From an uncultured Alphaproteobacteria bacterium (GTDB lineage Bacteria > Pseudomonadota > Alphaproteobacteria > Rhizobiales > Xanthobacteraceae), in contig CAVYZC010000009.1 in assembly GCA_963772885.1 (NCBI GenBank), forward strand, positions 133,751 to 197,750: a stretch of DNA of 64,000 bases, in the 5' to 3' direction. Positions 1-10,965 of the stretch are shown here, piece after piece. Made by a program: the position numbers and the translations under genes. The number at the start of each line of letters is the position of its first letter. Position 1 is the stretch's first letter. The notes under the pieces were generated by a model. It saw only the letters and a program-made list of their open reading frames with translations, did not search any database and was not told the DNA's origin.

Positions 1-289
1 CGTCACCGGGGCGAGCATCGGGGTGGTCGGCACGATCTTCGGTTTTGCGCTCGGGCTGCTGGTTTGCCTCAATATCGAGGAGATCCGGCGCTTCATCTCG
101 TGGCTCTTGTCCACCGAGCTGTTTTCGCCGGAGCTCTATTATCTGAGCCGGCTGCCGGCCGATCGATCGACTCGACGCGAAACGACGGCGGTGGTGCTGA
201 TGGCGCTGATCCTGTCGTTCGCCGCCACCGCCTATCCCGCCTGGCGGGCGGCGCGCCTCGACCCGGTCGAGGCGCTTCGTTACGAGTGA
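1..289 (+). CDS. LolC/LolE-family lipoprotein-release ABC permease, C-terminal fragment (gene starts upstream of the window)
   Basis: Track ORF 23..289 ends in AYPAWRAARLDPVEALRYE, the conserved FtsX-type C-terminus of LolC/E permeases. lolD follows 5 nt later. Confidence 0.8.
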   Translation, partial: VTGASIGVVGTIFGFALGLLVCLNIEEIRRFISWLLSTELFSPELYYLSRLPADRSTRRETTAVVLMALILSFAATAYPAWRAARLDPVEALRYE

Positions 290-293
290 GCGC

Positions 294-991
294 ATGGCCG
301 AGGAATCGCCCGCCCTTCATCTCGAGGCCATCGAGCGGCGCTATCGCCAGGGCGACGAAACGCTCGAGATTCTCTCGGGCGTGACGCTCTCGGTCTGGCC
401 GGGCGAGTCGGTGGCGCTGATCGCGCCCTCCGGCGCGGGAAAGTCGACGCTGCTGCACATCGCCGGGCTGCTGGAGCATCCCAACGCGCGGCGAGGTATG
501 GATCGGCGAGCAGGCGACGACGCGGCTCGGCCGACGCCGAGCGCACGCGGCATGCGCCGCGCCGACATCGGCTTCGTCTATCAGTTCGCATCATCTGCTG
601 CCGGAGTTCTCGGCGCTCGAGAACGTCGATGCTGCCGCAGATGATCTACGGACTCGACAAGGGCGAGGCGCGCACGCGCTCGATGGAGCTGCTCGACTTT
701 CTCGGGCTCGGGAAGCGCGCTCGCATCACCGGCCGTCGGAGCTTTCCGGCGGCGAACAGCAGCGCGTCGCGCATCGCGCGCGCGGTCGCCAACGCGCCGC
801 GCATCCTCCTGGCCGACGAGCCGACCGGCAATCTCGATCCGCACACGGCCGAGCATGTTTTCGGCACGCTCGAAAAGCTCGTGCGCGCCTCCGGGCTCGC
901 GGCGGTGATCGCGACCCATAACCTCGATCTGGCCGACCGCATGACCCGCCGCGTCACGATCCGCGAAGGCAAGCTGGAAGAGCTGATCTAA
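294..991 (+). CDS. lolD: Lipoprotein-releasing ABC transporter ATP-binding protein LolD (frame-disrupted as assembled)
   Basis: Walker [18 protein letters not shown] is in ORF 294..644. Walker B and downstream [16 protein letters not shown] are in ORF 629..991. The ABC signature LSGGEQQRV is read out of frame as [10 protein letters not shown]. At least 4 frame jumps between ~485 and ~770. Confidence 0.9.
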
Positions 992-993
992 TC

Positions 994-1016
994 CCTCTCC
1001 CGCGAAGCGGGAGAGG
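994..1016. repeat. REP-like perfect hairpin, possible lolD terminator
   Basis: cctctcccgc / gcgggagagg 10-bp arms with a 3-nt loop, 3 nt after the lolD stop. No T-tract. Same CCTCTCCC...GGGAGAGG core as the copies at 4671, 34976, 44594, 44722, 46290, 46487 and 56799. Confidence 0.6.
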
Positions 1017-1110
1017 AATTGTGGCCGTCCGCAGAATTCCGCGACATCCGATGGCGCTGGACGAGCGGCACTAGGCAGCCACGATAGGATCGAGAGAATC
1101 GGAGACCGCC

Positions 1111-4100
1111 GTGGCCGATCCCGGCTTCGTCCATCTGCACGTCCATTCCGCCTATTCGCTGCTGGAGGGCGCGCTGCCGATCGCGCGGCTGGCGGAGCTG
1201 GCGGTGGCCGACCGGCAGCCGGCGCTGGCGCTCACCGACACCGGTAATCTATTCGGCGCATTGGAGTTTTCGGAAAAGCTGGCCAAGGCCGGCATCCAGC
1301 CGATCGTCGGCTGCGCGCTCGCCGTCGATGTTCGGCGACGAGCCCGCGGGCCGCAATGGCGCGCGCGTGCAGCGCCTGCCGCGCATCGTGCTGCTCGCCG
1401 CCAGCGAGGACGGCTACCGCAATCTCATGGCACTGGTGTCGAAGAGCTTCCTCGAGGTCGAGCCCGACACGGCGCCGCATGTGACATCCGACTGGCTGGC
1501 GGCACATGCCGGAAGGCTGATCGCGCTCACCGGCGGGCCGGACGGCCCGATCGACCGCATGCTCGCCGCCGGACAGGCCGGAGCTCGCGCGGGCGCGGCT
1601 CGGCAAGCTCGAGGCGATCTTCGATCGACCGGCTCTATGTCGAACTCCAGCGCCACGGCTCGAGAGCGAGCGGGCCATCGAGCCGGCAGCTGCTCGATCT
1701 TGCCTACCGGGCGCGGACTTCCGCTCGTGGCGACCAACGAGCCCTTTTTCGCGACGCGCGAGGACTACGAGGCGCATGACGCGCTGATCTGCATCGCCGA
1801 AGGACGCGGTCGTGGCCGAGACCGACCGGCGCCAGCTTTCACCCGAGCACCGCTTCAAGACGCGCGCCGAAATGGCGGAGCTGTTCGCCGACCTGCCCGA
1901 GGCGATCGAGGCCAGCGTCGAGATCGCCCGGCGCTGCGCGTTCCGGCCGAAGACGCGCAAGCCGATCCTGCCGCGCTTCACCGTCGGCGACCGCGCGGCG
2001 GACGAAGGCAAGGAGCTGAAGCAAGCGCGCGGAGGCGGGGCTCGCCGAGCGCATCGCAGTCGCACGGCATCGGCGCCTGGCCGCACCGAGCAGGAATATC
2101 GCGACGCGGCTCGCCTTCGAGCTCGACGTCATCACCGGCATGAAATTCGCCGGCTACTTCCTCATCGTCGCCGATTTCATCAGTCTGGGCGAAAAACCAG
2201 CGGCATTCCGGTCGGGCCGGGGCGCGGCTCGGGCGCGGGCTCGCTGGTGGCCTATGCGCTGACCATCACCGATCTCGATCCGCTTGCGCTTCGGGCTGCT
2301 GTTCGAGCGGTTCCTCAACCCGGAGCGCGTGTCGATGCCGGACTTCGACATCGACTTCTGCCAGGACCGGCGCGACGAGGTGATCCGCTACGTGCAGGAG
2401 CGCTACGGCCGCGACCAGGTGGCGCAGATCATCACCTTCGGCACGCTGCAGGCGCGCGGCCGTGCTGCGCGACGTCGGGCGCGTGCTGGAAATGCCCTAC
2501 GGGCAGGTCGACAAGCTCGCCAAGCTGGTGCCGTACAATCCGGCGGCGCCGGTGATGCTCGCCAAGGCGATCGAAGGCGAGCCGCGGCTGCAGGAAGCCG
2601 CCGACGCGGACCCGCGCGTGGCGCGGCTGTTCGATATCGCGCTGAAGCTCGAGGGGCTCTATCGCCACGCCTCCACGCACGCCGCCGGCATCGTGATCGG
2701 CGACCGGCCGCTGGTGGAGCTGACGCCGCTCTACCGCGATCCGAAATCGGACATGCCGGTGACCCAGTTCAACATGAAATGGGTCGAGGCCGCGGGGCTG
2801 GTGAAGTTCGACTTTCTCGGGCTGAAGACGCTGACCGTGCTCGAGACGGCGAAGCGGCTGCTCGCCGAGCGCGGGATCAAGATCGACATCAACGCGCTGC
2901 CGCTCGATGACCAGAAAACCTACGATCTGCTGGCGCGCGGCGAGACGGTCGGCGTGTTCCAGATCGAAAGTGCGGGCATGCGCCGGGCGCTGGTCGAGAT
3001 GCGGCCGGACCGTTTCGACGACATCATCGCGCTGGTGGCGCTCTACCGGCCGGGCCCGATGGCCAATATCCCGACCTATAACGCGCGCAAGCACGGCCAG
3101 GAGAAGCCCGACTATATCCATCCCAAGCTCGAGGCGGTGCTGAAGGAGACCTTCGGCGTCATCATCTATCAGGAACAGGTGATGCAGATCGCGCAGATCC
3201 TCGCCGGCTATTCGCTCGGCGAGGCGGATCTGCTGCGGCGGGCCATGGGCAAGAAGATCCGCAAGGAAATGGCCGCCCAGCGCAGCCGTTTCGTCTCCGG
3301 CGCGGTCGAGCGCGGGGTCGATCGCGACCACGCCGACGCGATTTTCGACCTGCTGCAGCGCTTCGCCGATTACGGTTTCAACAAGAGCCACGCGGCGGCC
3401 TATGCGCTGGTCGCCTATCAGACCGCGTATCTGAAGGCGAATTATCCGGTCGAGTTTCTCGCCGCGTCGATGACGCTCGACATTTCCAACACCGACAAGC
3501 TCGCCGAGTTCCGCCGCGAGGCGGAGCGGCTGAAGATCAAGGTGGTGCCGCCTTCGGTCAACCGCTCGGGCCGCGAGTTCGCGGTGGCCGACGGCGCCAT
3601 CGTCTATGCGCTGGCGGCGCTCAAGGGCGTCGGCGCGCACGCGGTCGACGCGATCGTGACGGCGCGGAGCGAGCGGCCGTTTGCGGACCTGGCCGACTTC
3701 GCGGCGCGCATCGACGCCCGCGCGGTGAACAAGCGCACGCTGGAGAGTCTCGGCCGCCGCGGGCGCGTTCGACGAGCTGGAGCCGAACCGCGCGCGGGCC
3801 TTCGCGGCGGTCGAAGCCATGATGGGGCTCGCGCAGCGCGCGGGCTCGGACGCGGCCACGGGGCAGAATGAACTGTTCGGCGGCGGCAGCGCCAAGGCCG
3901 CCTTGCGAGTTCCAGAGCTGGAGCCGTGGCTTCCGGCCGAGCGGCTGAAGCGCGAATACGAGGCGGTCGGCTATTTCCTCTCGGGCCATCCGCTCGACGA
4001 CTACGCGACGGCGCTCAAGCGGCTGCAGGTGCAGCCGCTGGATCGAATTCGCCAAGGCGGTGCGCAACGGCGTGAGCGCGGGCCGGCTCGCCGCGAGCGT

Positions 4101-4567
4101 GGTGTCGCGCGTCGAGCGCCGCACCAAAACCGGGAACAAGATCGGCATCCTCGGCTTCTCCGATCCGACCGGACATTTCGAGGCGGTGATCTTCCAGGAA
4201 GGGCTCGCGCAGTTCCGCGACGTGCTGGAGCCGGGCGCCGCGGTGCTGCTGCAGGTCGGCGCCGAGCTGCAGGGCGAGGACGTGCGCGTGCGCGTCCACA
4301 ACGTCGAGGCGCTCGACAAGCGTCGCGGCGCGCAACCAGCGCGGCCTGCGGGTGATGCTGAATTCCGCCGAGCCGATCGAGTTGCTGGCCAAGCGGCTGA
4401 ACGGCGGCAACGGCAAGGGCGAGGGGGCCGGCGAGGTGAGCGTCGTGGTGCAGCTCGCGGAAGGGTCCGCGGTCGAGATCAAGCTGCCCGGCCGCTATTC
4501 GATCTCGCCGCAGATCGCCGGCGCCGTGCGCGCGCTCGCCGGCGTCGCGCGGGTCGAGGAAGTCTGA
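1111..4567 (+). CDS. dnaE: DNA polymerase III alpha subunit DnaE (frame-disrupted as assembled)
   Basis: PHP N-terminus [40 protein letters not shown]. Intact core in ORF 2462..3871 ([40 protein letters not shown]). OB-fold tail in ORFs 4060.. and 4352..4567. The reading frame hops among at least 8 track ORFs, mostly at 1320-2460 and 3760-4350. Confidence 0.93.
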
Positions 4568-4603
4568 CCCTTCCAAAGGCTTGTACGCCGAAGGCGGCGA
4601 GGC

Positions 4604-4694
4604 GGGTGAGGGGTCCTTGACTTACTAACCCCTCACCCGGCTCGGACTTCGCTGCGCTCCGTCCTCGCCACCCTCTCCCACAAGGGGAGAGGGG
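4604..4694. repeat. Composite palindromic intergenic repeat (modules GGGTGAGGGG/CCCCTCACCC and CCCTCTCCC/GGGAGAGGG)
   Basis: gggtgagggg (4604-4613) pairs with cccctcaccc (4629-4638). ccctctccc (4671-4679) pairs with gggagaggg (4685-4693). The architecture is almost the same as 46404-46513. Confidence 0.8.
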
Positions 4695-4707
4695 AAGCTG
4701 GTTTTGC

Positions 4708-4736
4708 TTGCGGCATACCGACGTCCCCCCTATAAG
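4708..4736 (+). promoter_or_regulatory. Candidate sigma70-type promoter for rpsB-tsf
   Basis: TTGCGG (4708-4713), 17-nt spacer, TATAAG (4731-4736), about 100 nt upstream of the rpsB ATG. Pattern match only. Confidence 0.35.
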
Positions 4737-4838
4737 CGCGCCATCTCGCACGCGGACTCGCTTCCCTGGAGACAGGGCGGCATCCGGTGCTGGGCAAACG
4801 CCTGGCTCGGTCCGCGGAGGCTAACCGGAGAAGGAATC

Positions 4839-5844
4839 ATGGCGCTGCCCGACTTCAGCATGCGCCAGCTGTTGGAAGCTGGCGTTCATTTCGGTCATCA
4901 ATCCCACCGCTGGAATCCGAAGATGGCTCCGTTCATCTTCGGCATCCGCAACAACATCCACATCATCGATCTCGCCCAGACCGTGCCGCTTGATGTCGCG
5001 CGCGCTGCAGGCGATCGCCGATACGGTCGCCAAGGGCGGCCGCATTCTGTTCGTCGGCACCAAGCGGCAGGCCTCGGAAGGCATCGCCGACGCGGCCAAA
5101 CGCAGCGCGCAGTACTACGTCAATTCGCGCTGGCTCGGCGGCACGCTGACCAACTGGAAGACGATCTCCAACTCGATCTCGCGTCTGAAGAAGATCGAGG
5201 AGATGCTGAGCAGCGAAGCCGGCGCCGCTTACACGAAGAAGGAGCGGCTCACGCTGGCGCGCGAAAAGGGAAAGTTAGAGCGTTCGCTCGGCGGCATCCG
5301 CGACATGGGCGGGGTTCCGGACCTGTTGTTCGTGATCGACACCAACAAGGAAGACATCGCGATCAAGGAGGCCAAGCGCCTCGACATTCCGGTCGCGGCC
5401 ATCGTCGACACCAATTCCAATCCGGACGGCATCACGTTCCCGATTCCGGGCAACGACGACGCCGGGCGGGCGATCGTGCTGTATTGCGATCTGGTGGCCA
5501 AAGCCGCGATCGACGGCATTTCGCGCGCCCAGGGCGAGGCGGGGGTCGATCTCGGCGCGGCCGAGAAGCCGCCGGTCGAGCCGATCGTCGAAGCGCCGAA
5601 GGCCGAATGGGAGAAGTTCGAGCCGCTGCCGGGCCCGCATGGGCCGCCCGACGACCTCAAGAAGCTCCACGGCATCAGCCCGGACATCGAGAAGCAGCTC
5701 AACGAGATCGGCATTTTCCACTTCTCGCAGGTCGCCTCGCTCAGCAAGAAGGACGCGGCCAAGATCGGCGACATCGTCGGCCTGCCCGCGCGCATGGAAG
5801 GCTGGATCAAGGCGGCCAAGAAGCTCGCCGCCGAGACCGAGTGA
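4839..5844 (+). CDS. rpsB: 30S ribosomal protein S2 with a C-terminal extension (one apparent extra base near 4990)
   Basis: [29 protein letters not shown] runs from the ATG at 4839 (in frame with ORF 4704..). It continues in ORF 4990..5844 ([40 protein letters not shown]). A GGAG-like SD (ggagaagg) sits upstream. Confidence 0.93.
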
Positions 5845-5847
5845 ACC

Positions 5848-6772
5848 ATGGCCGAGATCAGCGCGAACATGGTCAAGGTGCTGCGCGAGCGCACCGGCGC
5901 CGGCATGATGGATTGCAAGGCCGCGCTCGACGAGACCAAGGGCGACATCGAGGCGGCGGTCGACTGGCTGCGCAAGAAGGGCCTGTCGAAGGCGGCGAAG
6001 AAAGCCGGCCGTATCGCGGCCGAGGGCTTGATCGGCGCCGCTGATCGAAGGCGGCAAGGGCGTGCTGGTCGAGGTGAATTCCGAGACCGACTTCGTGGCG
6101 AGGAACGATCTGTTCCAGGGTCTCGTGAAGCTGGTCGCTCAGGTCGCGCTGCGCGTGGGCACCGACGTCGAGAAGATCAAGGCGGCGAAAGTCGGCAAGG
6201 AAACGATCGCCGAGGCGCTCACCTCCGCCATCGCCACTATCGGCGAGAACGTCTCGTTCCGCCGCGCGGCGATGATCGAGGTCAAGGAAGGCGCGATCGG
6301 ACTCTATGTGCATAATTCGGTGACCGATGGGCTCGGCAAGATCGGCACGCTGGTGGCGCTCGAGTCCAAGGGCAAGAAGGACGAGCTTGCGGATCTGGCG
6401 CGCAAGATCGCGATGCACGTGGCGGCCGCGAGCCCGCTCGCGGTCGACGCCAAGGGCCTCGATCCGGCCGTGGTCACGCGCGAGCGCGGCGTGCTCGCCG
6501 ACAAGGCCAAGGCCACCGGCAAGCCCGACAACGTGGTCGAGAAGATCGTCGAGAGCGGGTTGAAGACCTTCTACAAGGAGGTTTGCCTCGCCGATCAGGC
6601 CTATATCCACGACTCCGCGAAATCGGTCGCCCAGGCGGTCAAGGAATCCGAGGGCAAGATCGGCGCTCCGGTCGCCATCAAGGGCTTTGTGCGCTACGCT
6701 CTGGGCGAAGGAATCGAGAAGCAGGAGCAGGATTTCGCCGCCGAGGTGGCTGCGGCCGCGAAGCCCAACTGA
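5848..6772 (+). CDS. tsf: Translation elongation factor Ts (one apparent extra base near 6040)
   Basis: [45 protein letters not shown] (UBA-like N-terminus) in ORF 5848... The remainder is in ORF 6062..6772 ([14 protein letters not shown]). Confidence 0.93.
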
Positions 6773-6790
6773 GCTCCCGGAAACGAGGCC

Positions 6791-7507
6791 ATGGGCAAGC
6801 CCCGCTATCGCCGCGTCCTCGTCAAGGTTTCGGGCGAGGCGCTGATGGGCGACGAGCCGTCCGGGCTGCATCCGCCTACGCTCGCCCGTATCGCCGCCGA
6901 TCTGGCCAAGACTAAAAAGCTCGGCGTGCAGATCGCCGTCGTGGTCGGCGGCGGAAATTTCCTGCGCGGGGCGCATTTCGCGGAGACCGGCATCGACCGC
7001 GCCACCGCCGACCAGATGGGCATGCTGGCGACCGTGATGAACGCGCTCGCGCTCGAGGCCGCGATCGAAAAAGCCGGGGCGGTCGCGCGCACGCTGTCGG
7101 CGATCCGCATGCCGAGCGTGTGCGAGCCCTATTCGCGCCAGCGCGCGCTCAAGCACCTCGCCGCCGGCCGCATCGTCGTGCTGGCCGGCGGAACCGGAAA
7201 TCCCTATTTCACCACCGACACGGGCGCCACGCTGCGCGCGGCCGAGCTCGGCTGCCAGGCCGTGTTCAAGGCCACCGGCGTCGACGGCGTCTACGACGCC
7301 GACCCCAAGCGCAACCCGAAGGCCAAGCGCTTCGAAAAGCTGAGCCACGACGAGGCCTTAGCGCGCGACCTGAAGGTCATGGACGCTTCCGCCTTCGCGC
7401 TTGCCCGCGAGGCCGGCTTGCCTATCATCGTGTTCTCGATCCGCGAAAAGGGCGCGATTTCCGCCGCGATCCGCGGAGAGGGAAAGTCGACGACGGTCGC
7501 GCCTTAG
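6791..7507 (+). CDS. pyrH: UMP kinase
   Basis: Intact 238-aa ORF with RVLVKVSGEAL, VVVGGGNFLRG and GTGNPYFTTDTGA motifs. Confidence 0.95.
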   Translation: MGKPRYRRVLVKVSGEALMGDEPSGLHPPTLARIAADLAKTKKLGVQIAVVVGGGNFLRGAHFAETGIDRATADQMGMLATVMNALALEAAIEKAGAVARTLSAIRMPSVCEPYSRQRALKHLAAGRIVVLAGGTGNPYFTTDTGATLRAAELGCQAVFKATGVDGVYDADPKRNPKAKRFEKLSHDEALARDLKVMDASAFALAREAGLPIIVFSIREKGAISAAIRGEGKSTTVAP

Positions 7508-7569
7508 GTACGCAAGTCTTGGGCGCTGAAGTCTCGCGCGATCCGATCCCGTTCTCGACGAGGTGAACC

Positions 7570-8133
7570 ATGGCAGTTGGAACCTTCGACATCGCCGATA
7601 TCAAGCGCCGCATGCAGGGCGCGGTCGGCGTGCTGAAGACGGAACTCGGCGGGCTGCGCACCGGACGAGCTTCCGCGCATCTGCTCGATCCGGTCGTAGT
7701 CGAGGCCTACGGACAGAAGATGCCGCTCAATCAGGTCGCCAGCGTCAGCGTGCCGGAGGCGCGCATGATCTCGATCCAGGTCTGGGACCATGCGAACGTG
7801 AAGGCGGTGGACAAGGCGATCCGCGACGCCAATCTCGGCCTCAGTCCGCAGACCGAGGGCGAGGTGATCCGGCTGCGCATTCCGGAGCTCAACCAGGAGC
7901 GCCGCCAGGAGCTGGTCAAGCTCGCGCACAAGTACGCGGAGACCGCCCGCATCGCCGCGCGCCACGTGCGCCGCGACGGGATCGATCATCTGAAGAAGCT
8001 GCAGAAGGACGGCCACGTCAGCGAGGACGAGATCAAGCGCCACGAAATCGACGTGCAGAAGACGACCGACGCGACGATCCACGAGATCGACCAGACGCTC
8101 GGGCAGAAGGAAAAGGAAATCATGTCCGTCTGA
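7570..8133 (+). CDS. frr: Ribosome recycling factor
   Basis: Intact 187-aa ORF with [27 protein letters not shown] and the typical position after pyrH. Confidence 0.95.
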   Translation: MAVGTFDIADIKRRMQGAVGVLKTELGGLRTGRASAHLLDPVVVEAYGQKMPLNQVASVSVPEARMISIQVWDHANVKAVDKAIRDANLGLSPQTEGEVIRLRIPELNQERRQELVKLAHKYAETARIAARHVRRDGIDHLKKLQKDGHVSEDEIKRHEIDVQKTTDATIHEIDQTLGQKEKEIMSV

Positions 8134-8152
8134 GCCAGGACGGACCGCCCCC

Positions 8153-8908
8153 ATGACCGATCACGACGCCCCGCGACCGGAAGAGAATTCGGCCGGCGCC
8201 CCGTTGCATGTCGCCGTCATCATGGACGGCAACGGGCGCTGGGCCGCCGCGCGCGGCTTGCCGCGGCGCGAGGGCCACCGGCGCGGCGTCGAGGCGCTGC
8301 GCCAGGCCGTGCGGGCCGCGGGCGATCTCGGCATCAAGGTCTTCACCATCTACAGCTTCAGCGCCGAGAACTGGTCGCGGCCGGCCGAAGAGATCGGCGA
8401 CCTGATGGGCCTGTTGAAGCGCTTCGTGCGCAACGATCTGGCCGAGTTGCACGGCCGCGGCGTGCGCGTGCGCGTGATCGGCGACCGCGCCGGGCTCGAT
8501 GCCGAAATCCGGTCGCTGCTCGCGGAGGCGGAGAACCTCACGCGCGAAAACGATAAATTCACGCTGGTGGTCGCCTTCAATTACGGCGGCCGGCAGGAGA
8601 TCGCGCGCGCCGCCGCGCGCATCGCCGAGGAGGCGAGGGCGGGCCGCCTCGACCCGGCGCAGGTCGACATGGCCGAGTTCGAGCGTCATCTCGACACGGC
8701 GGGGCTGCCCGATCCGGATCTGGTGATCCGCACCAGCGGCGAGCTCCGGATCTCGAATTTCCTGCTGTGGCAGTCGGCCTATGCGGAGTTCGTTTTTCTC
8801 CCGATCCACTGGCCGGATTTCGACCGCGCCGCGCTGGAGAGCGCGATCGAAGAATTTCGCCGCCGCGAACGCCGCTTCGGCGGCCTCAAAGCCAGCGCGG
8901 GATCGTGA
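8153..8908 (+). CDS. uppS: Di-trans,poly-cis-undecaprenyl-diphosphate synthase
   Basis: Intact 251-aa ORF with [22 protein letters not shown] and [21 protein letters not shown]. Confidence 0.95.
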   Translation: MTDHDAPRPEENSAGAPLHVAVIMDGNGRWAAARGLPRREGHRRGVEALRQAVRAAGDLGIKVFTIYSFSAENWSRPAEEIGDLMGLLKRFVRNDLAELHGRGVRVRVIGDRAGLDAEIRSLLAEAENLTRENDKFTLVVAFNYGGRQEIARAAARIAEEARAGRLDPAQVDMAEFERHLDTAGLPDPDLVIRTSGELRISNFLLWQSAYAEFVFLPIHWPDFDRAALESAIEEFRRRERRFGGLKASAGS

Positions 8909-9737
8909 GCGCCGCCGTGGTGCAGGCCGCGATCGCCGCGCACGGCAAACGGATCGTCTCCGCGGTTATTCTCGGATTGCTGGCGCTGGGAGTCGCCATC
9001 GCTCGGCGGGCCGCTGTTCCTGCTGTTCTGGACGATCGCCGCAGCTCGGAATTCTCTGGGAATGGAACGCGCTGGTGAATGCTGCGCCGCGTAACGCCGC
9101 GCTCGCACTGGGCGGCGCCGGGCTCGCGGGAGCGGCGATCTCGCTCGGCCTCGGTGCGCCCGGGGTCGCGCTGCTTTGGGGCGTGGCCGGCGCGCTCGCG
9201 GTCGCGATTTTTGTCCGGCCGCCGATCTGGGCCGCGGGCGGCGTGCTCTACGCGGCGGCGCTGCTGGTGCCCGTCGTCGTCCTGCGCGGCGAACTACGGC
9301 TCGGGCTCGTCGCGGTCCTGTTCCTGTTCGCGACGGTGTGGGCCACGGACGTGGCAGCACTTTATTCCGGGCGCTATTTCGGCGGACCGAAGCTCGCGCC
9401 GAAGATCAGTCCGGCCAAGACCTGGTCCGGCGCGATCGGCGGCGCGCTCGCCGGTATCGCCGGCGGGATCGCGCTGCTTGCGGTGATGCGTTTCGAGTTC
9501 GGCGCGATTCATTTCCTTGTGGCGTTGGCGGTGACCGTCGTGGCGCAACTCGGCGATCTGTTCGAGTCCTGGGTGAAGCGGCGGTTCAGCGTGAAGGACA
9601 CCGGCGAGATCATCCCCGGCCACGGCGGCCTTATGGACCGGCTCGACGGGTTCATCGCCGCGGGGCTCGCGGCCGTCCTCTTTGGAATTCTGCGCGCGGG
9701 CGTCGACGCGCCGGCGCAGGGACTTCTGCAATGGTGA
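8905..9737 (+). CDS. cdsA: Phosphatidate cytidylyltransferase (two apparent indels near 9003-9052)
   Basis: GTG at 8905 overlaps the uppS stop (GTGA). CTP_transf_1 signature [28 protein letters not shown] is in ORF 8781..9737. The N-terminal TM segment is in the frame of ORF 8767..9078. Confidence 0.88.
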
Positions 9738-10908
9738 CCCGCGTCACGATTCTGGGCGCCACGGGCTCGATCGGCGCGAGCGCGCTCGATCTGCTGCGCC
9801 GGGGGGGCGCGCGCTACGAATAAGCGCGCTTACGGCCAAGCGCGACGCGCAGAAGCTCGCGGCGCTCGCGCGCGAGTTCGGGGCCAAGCTCGCGGTGGTC
9901 GCCGACGCGGCAAGCTATCGCGAGCTGAAAGACGCGCTGGCGGGCACCGAGATCGAGGTCGCGGCCGGGCGCGAGGGGCTGCTCGCCGCGGCGAAGCTCT
10001 CCGCCGACGTGGTGATCGCCGCGATCACGGGCGCGGCGGGGTTGGAGCCGACGCTGGCGGCGCTGTCGCCCGGCCGGCGCATCGCGCTCGCCAACAAGGA
10101 GTGCCTGGTCTCCGCCGGCAAGCTGTTCATGGCGACGGCGCGGGCGCGCGGCGCCGACGTGCTGCCGCTGGACTCCGAGCACAATGCGGTGCTGCAGGCG
10201 CTCGCCGCCGGTCCGCGCGACGCGGTGGAGATGGTCACGCTCACGGCCTCGGGCGGGCCGTTCCGGACCTACCCCAAGGAACGTCTCGCGCGGGTGACGC
10301 CGGACGAGGCGCTGCGCCATCCGACCTGGTCCATGGGCGCGAAAATCACCATCGATTCCGCGACGCTGATGAACAAGGGCCTCGAGCTGGTGGAAGCGCA
10401 TCATCTGTTCGGCCTGGCGCCGGAGCGGCTCGATATTCTGATCCATCCGCAGTCGATCGTGCATGCGCTGGTCGCGTTCCGCGACGGCTCGGTGGTGGCG
10501 GGCCTGTCGGTGCCGGACATGCGGGTGCCGATCGGGGTCGCGCTGTCCTGGCCCAAGCGCCTGGCCTGGGACGCGCCGCGGCTCGATCTTGCCAAACTCG
10601 GCGCGCTCTCCTTCGAGGCGCCCGATCCGGGGCGGTTCCCGGCGCTCAGAATTGCTCGCGCCGCGCTGGCGGCCGGAGGGGCCGCGCCCACCATTCTTAA
10701 CGCGGCCAACGAGGTCGCGGTCGAGGCGTTCCTGGCCGGCCGGATCGGCTTCCCGGGCATCCCCGCGCTGGTCGAAACCGTTATGGCGCAAGCGGAATCG
10801 GACGGTCTGCGGGAGCCGGCCTCGGTCGAGGAGGCCTTGGCCGTTGACCATATTGGCAGAGATCGGGCCCGCGCCCTCTTGCCCCAATTCGCCGCAAAGG
10901 CTTCTTAG
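9731..10908 (+). CDS. dxr: 1-deoxy-D-xylulose 5-phosphate reductoisomerase (one apparent missing base near 9822)
   Basis: [22 protein letters not shown] (NADPH motif) is in the frame of ORF 9176..9823. LANKECLV, LDSEHNAVLQAL and HPTWSMGAKITIDSATLMNKGLE are in ORF 9682..10908. Confidence 0.92.
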
Positions 10909-10965
10909 ACACTTCGTTAGGCATATCAGGGCGGGAAAAGGGGCCATTCATGCTTTTCGTTTCGA

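Noticed and set aside
1111-4567. Programmed ribosomal frameshifting or a naturally split dnaE
   Set aside because: There are too many frame changes (at least 10), at positions without slippery heptamers. Similar random indels affect about 23 other unrelated genes. Consensus error is far more likely.
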